A stretch of 64,000 nt of DNA from Fidelibacterota bacterium (GTDB taxonomy: Bacteria; Fidelibacterota; Fidelibacteria; Fidelibacterales; DSDE01): NCBI GenBank assembly GCA_046735395.1, contig JBJKQR010000062.1, forward strand, positions 1-64,000. The letters run 5' to 3'. Below the pieces are notes generated by a model. It was not told where the DNA came from. It ran no database searches and saw nothing but the letters and a program-made list of their open reading frames with translations. Numbering within the stretch: the first letter of the stretch is position 1; every line of letters starts with the position of its first letter. Below, one piece after another: positions 33,116 to 42,756 of this stretch. A program made the translations under genes and the position numbers.

Positions 33116-33146
33116 ATTGCGACATAGTCTCAACTTTTTGTAAATT
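33116..33146 (+). promoter_or_regulatory. Fur-like operator overlapping a putative feoAB promoter
   Basis: Imperfect palindrome TTGCGAC-ATA-GTCTCAA (33117-33133) overlaps a -35 TTGCGA; -10-like TAAATT at 33141. Confidence 0.5.
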
Positions 33147-33167
33147 AAACCATGAAAGGAAGCGACC

Positions 33168-33437
33168 ATGACTCTGAGAGATCTGAATGAAGGGGATTCG
33201 GCAATTATCGTTGATCTCAGCGGCAACAATGATTTTGTTAACCGGCTTTCAGAAATGGGGTTTACCAGCGGAACCCCTGTTTTCATAGAAAAATTTGCTC
33301 CGTTGCGTGACCCCATGGAAATCGTAATCCGGGGTTATCACCTCACCCTGCGACGTCAGGATGCGGAGGCTGTGACCGTTATTCCTGTTCAAGACAGAGG
33401 GCGGGGACGACGGCGACGGAAACGGCATCATGTCTGA
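33168..33437 (+). CDS. feoA: Ferrous iron transport protein A
   Basis: RLSEMGF..APLRDPM..IRGYHLTLRR; AAGGAAG RBS. Confidence 0.95.
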   Translation: MTLRDLNEGDSAIIVDLSGNNDFVNRLSEMGFTSGTPVFIEKFAPLRDPMEIVIRGYHLTLRRQDAEAVTVIPVQDRGRGRRRRKRHHV

Positions 33438-35577
33438 TACGCCGTCTCTGCTGAAATGCGCCCTGGCCGGCAATCCCAACAGCGGTAAAAGTTCGGTATT
33501 CAACGCTCTCACGGGCGCCCGGCAAAAGATCGGGAACTGGCCCGGCGTAACAGTGGAAAAAAAGGAAAGCATCATTCCGACACGCAGGGGACAGATCCAT
33601 CTCACGGATCTGCCCGGCATCTATTCACTGACGCCCCGCAGCATTGAGGAAAACATCGCCTTTCGTCATATTCTCGAGGATAAACCGGATCTTATCATTA
33701 ATGTGGTGGATGCAAAGAATCTGGACAGGAATCTCTATCTGACTGCACAGCTTCTGGAAACCGGCATACCCTTACTTCTGATACTGAATATGATAGACCG
33801 GGCTGAAGCAGCCGAAGTCAACATCGACATTCCCGCACTCAGCCTCCTTCTGGGCGTTCCTGTGATCGCCAGCAGCGCCAGGTCCGGCCGTGGCATTTCC
33901 GATATTGAATTCTGGCTGACCGAGGCGATATCTTCACCAGCCATGCTTTCACGACGACAGATTGACATCCCTTACAGCCGTGATATAGAGGCCGCGCTGA
34001 CAAGCCTCACGGCACTCATATCGGATGGAGAGTTCCCCCTGACACAACGCTGGACCGCCATACAGCTTCTGGAGGACAACGACACGGCCCGCAAATATCT
34101 TCCCGCCGACAGCCCTTTGCTCGATGCAGCCTCCGGACAGAGAAAACACCTTATGGCGCATCAGCAACAGGAACCGGGCCGTCAATTTACAGCCGGCCGC
34201 TATGCCTTCATCGCCGGACTTATCACCGAGACAGTCCGTCAGAAAAACACCCAAAACCTGAGCAGCAGCCAGAAACTTGATCGAATTCTTACACATAAAT
34301 ATCTGGGCATCCCCATCTTTCTGCTGTTACTCTGGCTGACATTCAAGCTCACTTTTGAGGGCGGCCAGTGGCCGATGCAGCTAATAGACATGGGCTTTCA
34401 CAAGCTGTCAGGCCTGGCCTCAGCACTGCTTCCGGCCGGGACTTTCCGCGAATTGATCACCGATGGCCTTATCACCGGTATCGGCAGTATCGCCGTCTTT
34501 ATCCCGAACATTTTTATCCTGTTCTTCCTTATTTCATTCATGGAAGATAGTGGCTACATGGCTCGCGGCGCATTCATCATGGACCGCGTCATGCACAGCA
34601 TCGGCCTCCATGGAAAAGCCTTCATCCCCATGATCATGGGCTTCGGCTGCAATGTCCCTGCAATTATCGGCACTCGGATTCTTGAGTCGGAACGGGATCG
34701 ACGCCTCAGCATTCTCATCAATCCGCTGATTTCCTGTTCGGCCCGACTCCCGGTATATATCCTGCTGACCGGAGCCTTTTTTCCCCGACACGGTGCAGCC
34801 GTCATCCTTTCAATCTATGTAATCAGTATTTCCCTGGCCGTTCTCATCGGACGCCTGTTCAGCCGAACCCTTTTCAAAGGCGATTCGCTCCCCTTTGTCA
34901 TGGAACTTCCGCCCTATCTACCTCCGTCCCCTTCCCTGCTTCTCCGCCACACCTGGGAGCGTGTCTCTCTCTTTATCCGGAAGATGGGCACGGTCATCCT
35001 GGCGGGATCCGTTATTATCTGGGCCCTGTCCGCGTTTCCCCGCCATGTCCCGGCACAGCAGGAACTGGATGCACACCTTCAGACGCTGAAGCAGTCAGGC
35101 GCGAAAAATATTTCAGATACGGCCGACAGCCCAAATGCTGCCGAACTTGAAAAAGAATACCGTCCGCAGATCGTCGAACAACGTTTTCTCGGCAGAATCG
35201 GAAAAAGTCTTGAACCGGTCATGGCCCCCATCAGTCTGGACTGGCGAGAATCTGTATCGCTCCTGGTCGGCTTCGTAGCCAAAGAATTTGTGGTTTCAAC
35301 CTTTGCCATTCTCTATGGTCATGAAGACGACGGCAAGGGGCAGAATACGGGGCTGGTCAGCCGGCTTCAGCAGGGTGCGCTCACACCGCTGAGAGCCTTT
35401 GTGTTCATGATATTTACTCTGATCTACACGCCCTGCCTTGCCACGGTCGCTGCCATCCGCCAGGAAACCGGAAGCTGGAAATGGGCGGGGTTTTCCATTG
35501 CCTACAGCCTGATTCTTGCCTGGCTGCTATCTTTTGTCATTTACCAGACCGGCCTGTTTTTCATAGGGAGGATATGA
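33430..35577 (+). CDS. feoB: Ferrous iron transport protein B
   Basis: GNPNSGKS, GNWPGVTVE, DLPGIYSL, MGFGCNVPA, FVMELPPY, YTPCLAT. Confidence 0.97.
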   Translation: MSDTPSLLKCALAGNPNSGKSSVFNALTGARQKIGNWPGVTVEKKESIIPTRRGQIHLTDLPGIYSLTPRSIEENIAFRHILEDKPDLIINVVDAKNLDRNLYLTAQLLETGIPLLLILNMIDRAEAAEVNIDIPALSLLLGVPVIASSARSGRGISDIEFWLTEAISSPAMLSRRQIDIPYSRDIEAALTSLTALISDGEFPLTQRWTAIQLLEDNDTARKYLPADSPLLDAASGQRKHLMAHQQQEPGRQFTAGRYAFIAGLITETVRQKNTQNLSSSQKLDRILTHKYLGIPIFLLLLWLTFKLTFEGGQWPMQLIDMGFHKLSGLASALLPAGTFRELITDGLITGIGSIAVFIPNIFILFFLISFMEDSGYMARGAFIMDRVMHSIGLHGKAFIPMIMGFGCNVPAIIGTRILESERDRRLSILINPLISCSARLPVYILLTGAFFPRHGAAVILSIYVISISLAVLIGRLFSRTLFKGDSLPFVMELPPYLPPSPSLLLRHTWERVSLFIRKMGTVILAGSVIIWALSAFPRHVPAQQELDAHLQTLKQSGAKNISDTADSPNAAELEKEYRPQIVEQRFLGRIGKSLEPVMAPISLDWRESVSLLVGFVAKEFVVSTFAILYGHEDDGKGQNTGLVSRLQQGALTPLRAFVFMIFTLIYTPCLATVAAIRQETGSWKWAGFSIAYSLILAWLLSFVIYQTGLFFIGRI

Positions 35578-35580
35578 TTC

Positions 35581-35784
35581 ATGTTTGATTTCATCGCAAC
35601 GGGGATCGTTCTGATCACAGCCCTGCTCTATATGAAACGCTTTCTGAAGCGCGAACTATCCGCCGGAGCAGGTTGCCATGACTGCCCCCTTTCCACCGGC
35701 TGCAACAGATCCGGCCCGGCATGCAGCCCGCCAGCTCAACACCTTTGTACAACAGGGCCCGATACGGACCCCAAAATAAAATAA
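35581..35784 (+). CDS. FeoB-associated Cys-rich small membrane protein
   Basis: N-terminal TM helix followed by GCHDCPLSTGC; AGGGAGG RBS; directly after feoB. Confidence 0.7.
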   Translation: MFDFIATGIVLITALLYMKRFLKRELSAGAGCHDCPLSTGCNRSGPACSPPAQHLCTTGPDTDPKIK

Positions 35785-35821
35785 TTTGATAATTCAAAAA
35801 TAATTTATGTATATTTGCTTC

Positions 35822-36223
35822 ATGAGACTGAGAACTCTTTTTTTTATGCTTGCTCTTTTTTTCGCATTCGCTAATGCCGAGAACGCGGTTAATCAGTTCC
35901 ATGCCTACAAACAGAGCGGAAAGATCGTCCTGGAATGGAATTCCGGAGACGAACAGCCAATAAGCTATTTCATTGTTCAGCGGAGTATGGACAATGGCCA
36001 GTCCTGGTTTGATCTGAGCCGCATCTCTCCGTATGGAAATGGGTCCGCATATCTTTATATTGACGACAGGGTATTCGGGGGAAAAGGTGATCTCGTCTAC
36101 TATTATCGCCTGAAAATATTTTACAGGGACGGCAGTGTTCAGTTCACGGCTCCTGTCAATGTCACGCTGGATGTTTCTTCGGTCCAGATGACCTGGGGCA
36201 GCATCAAGGCCATGTTCAGATAA
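35822..36223 (+). CDS. Small secreted Ig/FN3-like protein ending in TWGSIKAMFR
   Basis: Signal peptide MRLRTLFFMLALFFAFANA; IVLEW..YFIVQRS..YLYID..YYYRLKI; C-terminus SSVQMTWGSIKAMFR. Confidence 0.75.
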   Translation: MRLRTLFFMLALFFAFANAENAVNQFHAYKQSGKIVLEWNSGDEQPISYFIVQRSMDNGQSWFDLSRISPYGNGSAYLYIDDRVFGGKGDLVYYYRLKIFYRDGSVQFTAPVNVTLDVSSVQMTWGSIKAMFR

Positions 36224-36244
36224 TTTTCCAATTTCAGATAATTG

Positions 36245-36275
36245 AAAAAGAGCCGGATATTGATCCGGTTTTTTT
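36245..36275 (+). terminator. Intrinsic terminator
   Basis: AGCCGGAT-ATTG-ATCCGGTT stem-loop followed by a T-run. Confidence 0.75.
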
Positions 36276-36451
36276 GTATCCCCATTGTTTTCCGAACAGA
36301 AAAGCTGCTGAAAAACCGGGATTTGCGGCAAGTTTGGGAAATTTTTCCGCCAATCTGTCACATTGTGGCAAGATTTCCGGATCTATCTGTAATTTTTTAA
36401 TGCACTGCTCAAGGATAAAAGCTAAATTCCGGCAACAAATAACACGGGGAT

Positions 36452-37075
36452 ATGAAGAAAAATATCGCTGTCTTTGCGTCAGGTACAGGATCGAATTTCA
36501 CGTATATACACGATTCTCTGAAGAGTAACGAATCGGCGGGGCGTATTGCCCTCTGTGTTTCCAATGTGGATCAGGCCGCAGTTCTCACCCGCGCAGCAGA
36601 TTACGGCATTCCCGTGAGAGTATTTCACCGAAATCAGTTCGCAACGTATGCTGAGTACGCCCGGGACATTCTGCAGACGCTGCAGGAGCATGCAATCGAC
36701 ATTATCGTTCTGGCCGGATATCTGGTAAAAGTTCCGTCACTGGTAACGGATCAATATGCGGGCCGGGTCATCAATATTCACCCGGCATTGCTCCCGTCCT
36801 TCGGAGGCAAGGGCTTTTTCGGCCGGCATGTGCATGAAGCGGTCATTAATGCGGGAGTCCGGGTCAGCGGCATTACCATTCATTTTGCAGACGGGGATTA
36901 CGATCGGGGAGGCATTATTCTCCAGAAGGCTCTCGCCGTTCATCCCGATGACAGCGCCGAATCACTGGCTGCACGGGTACTGAAATTGGAACATCTCTGG
37001 TATCCGCGGATTGTCAGGGATTTGTGTGAAGGAAAAATTCAACGACGAAACGGGAAAATTATAATCAATGAGTGA
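36452..37075 (+). CDS. purN: Phosphoribosylglycinamide formyltransferase
   Basis: ASGTGSN, VLAGY, NIHPALLPSFGG, SGITIHF..YDRG. Confidence 0.96.
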   Translation: MKKNIAVFASGTGSNFTYIHDSLKSNESAGRIALCVSNVDQAAVLTRAADYGIPVRVFHRNQFATYAEYARDILQTLQEHAIDIIVLAGYLVKVPSLVTDQYAGRVINIHPALLPSFGGKGFFGRHVHEAVINAGVRVSGITIHFADGDYDRGGIILQKALAVHPDDSAESLAARVLKLEHLWYPRIVRDLCEGKIQRRNGKIIINE

Positions 37076-38609
37076 ACGAGTTCTTTTTTCGGTTACCGAC
37101 AAAAGCGGAGTGGTGGAATTTGCACAGGGCTTGCATAAACGGGGCCTGGAAATTGTAGCCAGCGGCGGAACGGCCGCCGCAATCAGCGCTGCCGGCATTC
37201 CTGTAATCTCCGTTGAGGCCATCACCTCCTACCCGTCCATTCTGGACGGAAGAGTGAAGACCCTTCATCCGCTCATCTTCGGCGGCATCCTGGGCGATAT
37301 ACATAATGACAAACATCTGACAGAGATGAAGCACTACGATATCCGGCCCTTTGCGCTGGTCGTCTGCAATTTCTATGACTTTTCCTCAGCGCTGCGGAGC
37401 GGAGACGGCAAACCGGAGACCATGATTGAGAAAATCGACGTGGGAGGACCGAGTATGTTGCGTGCCGCGGCAAAAAATCATGCCGCCTGCATTCCGGTTT
37501 TTTCATCCGGCCAATATGATGATCTCCTGTCACAGATAGACAGGTTCGGATCCCTGTCCGCAATCCCCGATGATCTGCGGCTTCGCTACAGCGCTCTCGC
37601 CTTCCGTTACTCTGCAGACTACGAAGCAGCTATCAGCGAATTCTTTGAGACCTTCCTTACACCGGAGGACGGACTTCCCGACCGTCTGAATCTTCGGCTG
37701 GTCAAAGCCACCGATATGCGCTACGGAGAGAATCCCTTTCAAAAAGCCGCCCTCTACCGCAGAGGCGGGGAAACGACCTGGGAGCAGCTGCACGGCAAGG
37801 AACTCAGCTACAATAATTATGCGGATATACAGAGCGCCCGGGAAATCGTATTAACTTACGATGAACCGGCCGTATCCATTATCAAGCACAGCAATCCCTG
37901 CGGCTTCGGCCTCGCGGACTCGGCAGACAATGCCTATCTGAAGGCCGTCACCACGGATCCGGTTTCCTATTACGGCGGAATCGTGGGATTCAACCGGGAA
38001 GTGGACGATCGCTGCGCAGGCGAACTGGCCAAAAGTTTTCTGGAATGCATCATCGCTCCGTCCTACAGTGCGGGCGCATTGGAAATTCTTCAGAAAAAGA
38101 AGAATCTTCGCCTCCTTCGCTATGCGGACTCGGAAATCCGGCCCGGACTGGAGTACAAGGCGCTGGATGTAGGTATTCTCGTTCAGGAACGGGATACGGG
38201 CATGGGCAGCGAATCCGGCTTGGAATGTGTCACAGCCATCCGGCCTGATGAGTCGGACCTCCCGGCGCTGCGCATCGGCTGGGATCTGGTTCGGCATGTC
38301 AAGTCCAACGCCATAGTCTTTGCCTCGGCAGACCGCTTACTTGGCGTGGGAGCCGGACAGATGTCCAGAGTTGATTCCGTCAAGATTGCCATCCGGAAAA
38401 GCAAGGAAGCCGGCCTGGACCTGAAAGGCAGCATCCTCGCCTCCGATGCATTCTTTCCCTTCCCCGATGTCGTGGATCTCATCCGGGAACTGGGTGTCCG
38501 CGGCATCATTCAACCGGGAGGAAGCATCCGGGATCAGGAAGTCATCGACGCCTGCAACGAACACAAACTTTTTATGTTATTCACCCATCACAGACATTTC
38601 AGACATTAA
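37068..38609 (+). CDS. purH: Bifunctional AICAR transformylase / IMP cyclohydrolase
   Basis: SVTDKSG, GRVKTLHP, IDVGGPSM, RYGENP, KSNAIV, ASDAFFPF, RHFRH. Confidence 0.97.
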   Translation: MSERVLFSVTDKSGVVEFAQGLHKRGLEIVASGGTAAAISAAGIPVISVEAITSYPSILDGRVKTLHPLIFGGILGDIHNDKHLTEMKHYDIRPFALVVCNFYDFSSALRSGDGKPETMIEKIDVGGPSMLRAAAKNHAACIPVFSSGQYDDLLSQIDRFGSLSAIPDDLRLRYSALAFRYSADYEAAISEFFETFLTPEDGLPDRLNLRLVKATDMRYGENPFQKAALYRRGGETTWEQLHGKELSYNNYADIQSAREIVLTYDEPAVSIIKHSNPCGFGLADSADNAYLKAVTTDPVSYYGGIVGFNREVDDRCAGELAKSFLECIIAPSYSAGALEILQKKKNLRLLRYADSEIRPGLEYKALDVGILVQERDTGMGSESGLECVTAIRPDESDLPALRIGWDLVRHVKSNAIVFASADRLLGVGAGQMSRVDSVKIAIRKSKEAGLDLKGSILASDAFFPFPDVVDLIRELGVRGIIQPGGSIRDQEVIDACNEHKLFMLFTHHRHFRH

Positions 38610-38621
38610 AGGAATAAAATT

Positions 38622-39635
38622 ATGAAGTTACCATTTTTCAACAGACTTTCCGGTGATATCGCCATCGATCTTGGCACGGCTAATACTCTCATTTATCTGA
38701 AGGGACGGGGCATTGTCATCAATGAACCCAGTATCGTCGCCTACTCGTCCAGCCTGAGAAAAGTGATTGCCGTGGGCCGGGAAGCCAAGGAAATGCTTGG
38801 TAAGACCCATCCGGATATTTCCATTATCAGACCGCTGAAAGATGGCGTCATTGCAAACTTTGAAATGACGGACGGCATGATTCAGGGTTTTATAAAAAAA
38901 ATCAATATCAGCAGATTTGCCCGGCCGCGCATGGCTGTCTGTGTCCCCTCCGGTATTACGGAAGTGGAAAAGAGAGCCGTCAAGGACAGCGCTGAAAGGG
39001 CGAATGCCAGAGAGGTTCATCTCATTGAGGAACCGGTTGCAGCGGCGATTGGTATTGATATCGATATTTCCAAACCGATCGGCAGCATGATTGTGGATAT
39101 CGGCGGCGGAACGACCGAAATTGCTGTCATCGCCTTGAACGGTGTGGTGACCAAGGAGTCCATCCGGGTGGCCGGTGATAAAATGGATGATGCCATTATT
39201 CAGTATTTCCGGCGTGAGCATAACCTCCTGATCGGCGAGAGAACAGCGGAAACCATTAAAATGACGGTCGGATCGGCCTTCCCGGGCAATGATCAGATCA
39301 TTCAGGTCAAGGGACGCAACCTGGTTGCCGGTATTCCCCGCACCATCGAAATCAATTCCTCCGAAATCCGCGAATGCCTCCGGGAAACGGTGGACATCAT
39401 TGTGGACGGCATTAAACGGACTCTGGAAAGCACACCGCCCGAACTGTCCTCCGATATTCTGGACCGGGGTATCATTCTCACCGGTGGCGGCGGGATGCTG
39501 AGAGGACTGGACCAGCGAATCATCGCCGAAACCGAACTGCCTGTCAATGTAGCTGAAGAACCTCTGCTGTCCGTTATCCGCGGGACCGGCAAGGCGCTTG
39601 ACAATCTGGAAAAATATGCGGACGTGCTGACGTGA
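38622..39635 (+). CDS. mreB: Rod shape-determining protein MreB
   Basis: IDLGTANT, RPLKDGVI, DIGGGTTE, LTGGG. Confidence 0.97.
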   Translation: MKLPFFNRLSGDIAIDLGTANTLIYLKGRGIVINEPSIVAYSSSLRKVIAVGREAKEMLGKTHPDISIIRPLKDGVIANFEMTDGMIQGFIKKINISRFARPRMAVCVPSGITEVEKRAVKDSAERANAREVHLIEEPVAAAIGIDIDISKPIGSMIVDIGGGTTEIAVIALNGVVTKESIRVAGDKMDDAIIQYFRREHNLLIGERTAETIKMTVGSAFPGNDQIIQVKGRNLVAGIPRTIEINSSEIRECLRETVDIIVDGIKRTLESTPPELSSDILDRGIILTGGGGMLRGLDQRIIAETELPVNVAEEPLLSVIRGTGKALDNLEKYADVLT

Positions 39636-39636
39636 A

Positions 39637-40455
39637 ATGATTAAGCGATTTTATGATTTCCTAATTCAGAAGAGTGTTCAGGTATCTGCCTTTCTTCTGA
39701 TTATCCTGTCGCTTTTTATATTCATACAGAATGATCACCCGAGCATCCGGCGTATGCAGGGCGGCTTGGCCAATCTGTTGATTCCTGTGAAGGAACCGGC
39801 CATCTGGTTTGATCGGCAGATCAAGGCCCATGATGAAAATATCGTACTCACCCGCCGTATCATCACACTGAGTTCGGAAGCCAGCCGCTTCAGCATTCTG
39901 GCAGATGAAAACAAGCGTCTGCGCCGGCTTCTTGATTTCAGGAACAGTGTGAATATGGATATGATCCCCGCTCTCATCATCTCATCCGGGTCGCAGGGAA
40001 ATCTGAGCGGCCTTCTGCTCAACCGCGGCCTGGCCGATTCCATCCATGTGAATGATGCCATTCTCAATATGGACGGAATTGTGGGAAAGATCTATTTCGT
40101 CGGCCAGAATTCCAGCCTTGGCCAGATTCTGGCTGAGCCGAATTCCCGAATCTCCGTCAGCATCCGGCCGTCAAATGCCAAGGGCATTCTCCAGTGGTAC
40201 GGCGGCAATCGCTTCGTCGTCAAGGATATCCCCAACACCATGCAGATCAACAAGGACAATCTTGTCGTCTCCTCCGGCTATTCCGATATCTATCCGCCGG
40301 ATCTCCCGGTGGGTATCGTGGAGAATTCAGTTCCTGCTGCCGACGGTTTCACCATTACGGTGTACGGACGCCTGCTCGTGGATTTCAACCGTCTGGAGGA
40401 AGTCATGATTCTCAGAAAGAATCCCAACAGGCCGGAATTTATCTCTCAGCCCTGA
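39637..40455 (+). CDS. mreC: Rod shape-determining protein MreC
   Basis: TM anchor, ENKRLRRLL, GIVGKI, VVSSG..IYP.DLPVG; operon position. Confidence 0.9.
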   Translation: MIKRFYDFLIQKSVQVSAFLLIILSLFIFIQNDHPSIRRMQGGLANLLIPVKEPAIWFDRQIKAHDENIVLTRRIITLSSEASRFSILADENKRLRRLLDFRNSVNMDMIPALIISSGSQGNLSGLLLNRGLADSIHVNDAILNMDGIVGKIYFVGQNSSLGQILAEPNSRISVSIRPSNAKGILQWYGGNRFVVKDIPNTMQINKDNLVVSSGYSDIYPPDLPVGIVENSVPAADGFTITVYGRLLVDFNRLEEVMILRKNPNRPEFISQP

Positions 40456-40471
40456 AAGGAGCATCTTCCCG

Positions 40472-40948
40472 GTGCTAAAGTTTTTAAAATTTCTCGTTTT
40501 CACTGCCGTGATCTTTGTCTTCCAGTTCATGTTCAATACCATTCTGGATGTTCGCGGTATTTTTCCTGATCTCATCCTGATCTATATGGCCTATCTCGCG
40601 TTTCGGCTTCCGCCCCTCTGGCTGGTGTGGGCGGCCTTTCTGCTTGGCATCTCCCAGGATATTTTCTTCAATATCGGCCTCATCGGCCTCAATCCCCTCG
40701 TCAAGGTCATTACCGCTCTGGGGCTGATCAAGATCGTGGAGTACGAACGAAATTTCAATAATATTGTCAATATCCTCCTCATCGCCTTTCTCTTCCTTAT
40801 CGCCATCAATTTCTACGATTCTCTCTTTTTCTTCGGACTGCGCGACCGGGGATATTCACTGGTTCTGAAATACAGCCTGCCCAAAACACTCTATACCATT
40901 TCGCTGCTCTTTCTTATTAACTTTTATTTTCCGGTCAGACGCAGCTGA
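40472..40948 (+). CDS. mreD: Rod shape-determining protein MreD
   Basis: Hydrophobic protein with PDLILI and AFLLGISQD; GTG start after AAAGGAG; operon position. Confidence 0.8.
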   Translation: MLKFLKFLVFTAVIFVFQFMFNTILDVRGIFPDLILIYMAYLAFRLPPLWLVWAAFLLGISQDIFFNIGLIGLNPLVKVITALGLIKIVEYERNFNNIVNILLIAFLFLIAINFYDSLFFFGLRDRGYSLVLKYSLPKTLYTISLLFLINFYFPVRRS

Positions 40949-40951
40949 ACC

Positions 40952-42724
40952 ATGGCCAGACATCCCAAAGATTACAGTAGCCTCCGATTTTATTTTTTCA
41001 TTTTAGTGGATTTTCTTCTTTTCGGAATTCTGATCAGCCGGGTCTATACCCTGCAGATCGAACGTTTTTCGGATCTCAGCACAGAAGCCGTCAATAATAT
41101 GTACCGTGAATATGATATTCAGGCTCCGCGGGGTATCATCTACGACCGCTACGAACATCCTGTCGTCTACAACACCATTAACTATGATCTCGCCGTATAT
41201 CCCCTCGATTTCACCCTGAATCCTGAAAACTGGAAACGGCTGGCCGATATTACAGGTATTGACGTCAAAACGCTGCAATACCGTGAAAAGAAGAATTATC
41301 TCTCTCCTTATACTCCGGTCAAGATCTTATCCAGCATCGATTTTACACTCCTGAGCCGAATCCAGGAACACCTGACCGATATTCCCGGAATTCTTCTGGT
41401 ATCGAAACCTGTCCGGAACGTGGCAGATGGAGCGACCGCGGCTCACCTGCTCGGATACACCAATGAAATAAACCAGTCCAGCATGGAAAAATTCGCCCGT
41501 TATGGATACAAGTCCGGAGACATCATCGGCATCAAGGGCATCGAGCGAAGTTATGAAAATATTCTGAAGGGCCGGAAAGGCGAACGTTTCATCCGCGTCA
41601 ACGCCCTGGGGAAGGATTTCGGTGAAGACTTCAGCAAGACCATCGAACCGCTGCGCGGCAATGACCTTTACCTGACCATCGACTGGAAGCTGCAAACCTA
41701 TGTTGAATCCCTTTTCAGGGATATTTCAGGCTGCGCCATCACCCTGAATTACAAAACCGGAGAAATCCTGGCTTTTGTATCCAAACCGGATTACGATACG
41801 GACATATTCAGCGGTGTTCTACGGGAAGAGGACTGGGAAAGTATTTCTACGGATACCTTAAAACCCTTATTCAATCGTCTGGTTCAGGCCCAGTATCCGC
41901 CGGGATCCGTATTTAAGATTATCAGCGCCATTGCCGGGCTTGAGGAAGGCCTGATCACACCCGATATGACCTTTCATTGCAGCGGCTACTATCGTCTGGG
42001 GCACCGCGCATTCAAATGCTGGAAAGGGGACGGCCACGGAGATGTGAATGTCGTCCAGGCCCTCGAAGGTTCCTGTAATATTTTCTTCTACAATCTGATT
42101 CAGAAAATCGGCCTGGAAACCTGGCTCAAATATGCCGAGATGTTCGGGTTCGGCCAGCTCAGCGGCATTGATATTCCGGAAGAGAGTCCGGGCCTGCTTC
42201 CGGATCGGAATTACATGAATGCCCGCTACGGAAAATCGGGCTGGGGAACGGGTAATCTGTTGAACCTCAGTATCGGGCAGGGAGAAATACTGGTGACACC
42301 TGTTCAGCTTGCCACCTATATTTCCGCCATTGCCGGAGCCGGTTCATATATTCGCCCGCATCTTGTCCAGGCCTACTGGGATCAGGAAAAAAGCAAACTG
42401 GTTCATCTCGATGTGGTGCAAAAGAATCTTCCCGACATCAGTGAATCAACCTGGGCCATCATCCACCAGGGAATGCACGATGTGGTACAGGGAAAAAACG
42501 GTACGGCAAAGGCAGCCAATATTCCAGGCATGAATATTCATGGAAAAACGGGGACAGCACAGAATCCCCACGGAAAAAGCCATGCATGGTTCATCGGATT
42601 TTCGAAGGCGCCGGCCTATCCGGTCGCCCAGGTGGTATTTGTCGAGTATGGCGGATCCGGCAGCGGTGCCGCGGCTCCCCTGGCCCGGGAAATATTTGAA
42701 TATTACCGAAAACAGCACGATTAA
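40952..42724 (+). CDS. mrdA: Penicillin-binding protein 2
   Basis: APRGIIYDR, SxxK (PGSVFK), SxN (GSCN), KTG (GKTGTAQ). Confidence 0.95.
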   Translation: MARHPKDYSSLRFYFFILVDFLLFGILISRVYTLQIERFSDLSTEAVNNMYREYDIQAPRGIIYDRYEHPVVYNTINYDLAVYPLDFTLNPENWKRLADITGIDVKTLQYREKKNYLSPYTPVKILSSIDFTLLSRIQEHLTDIPGILLVSKPVRNVADGATAAHLLGYTNEINQSSMEKFARYGYKSGDIIGIKGIERSYENILKGRKGERFIRVNALGKDFGEDFSKTIEPLRGNDLYLTIDWKLQTYVESLFRDISGCAITLNYKTGEILAFVSKPDYDTDIFSGVLREEDWESISTDTLKPLFNRLVQAQYPPGSVFKIISAIAGLEEGLITPDMTFHCSGYYRLGHRAFKCWKGDGHGDVNVVQALEGSCNIFFYNLIQKIGLETWLKYAEMFGFGQLSGIDIPEESPGLLPDRNYMNARYGKSGWGTGNLLNLSIGQGEILVTPVQLATYISAIAGAGSYIRPHLVQAYWDQEKSKLVHLDVVQKNLPDISESTWAIIHQGMHDVVQGKNGTAKAANIPGMNIHGKTGTAQNPHGKSHAWFIGFSKAPAYPVAQVVFVEYGGSGSGAAAPLAREIFEYYRKQHD

Positions 42725-42756
42725 GAAACCGTCCTTGTGCAGGGAAAGCGACCATC

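Noticed and set aside
35575..35583. In-frame TGA junctions feoB/small Cys protein, mreD/mrdA (40946-40954) and korB/fumarase alpha (52618-52626) as read-through or Sec sites
   Set aside because: The upstream proteins are complete, the downstream genes have their own starts, and there is no Cys-equivalent motif at these codons.
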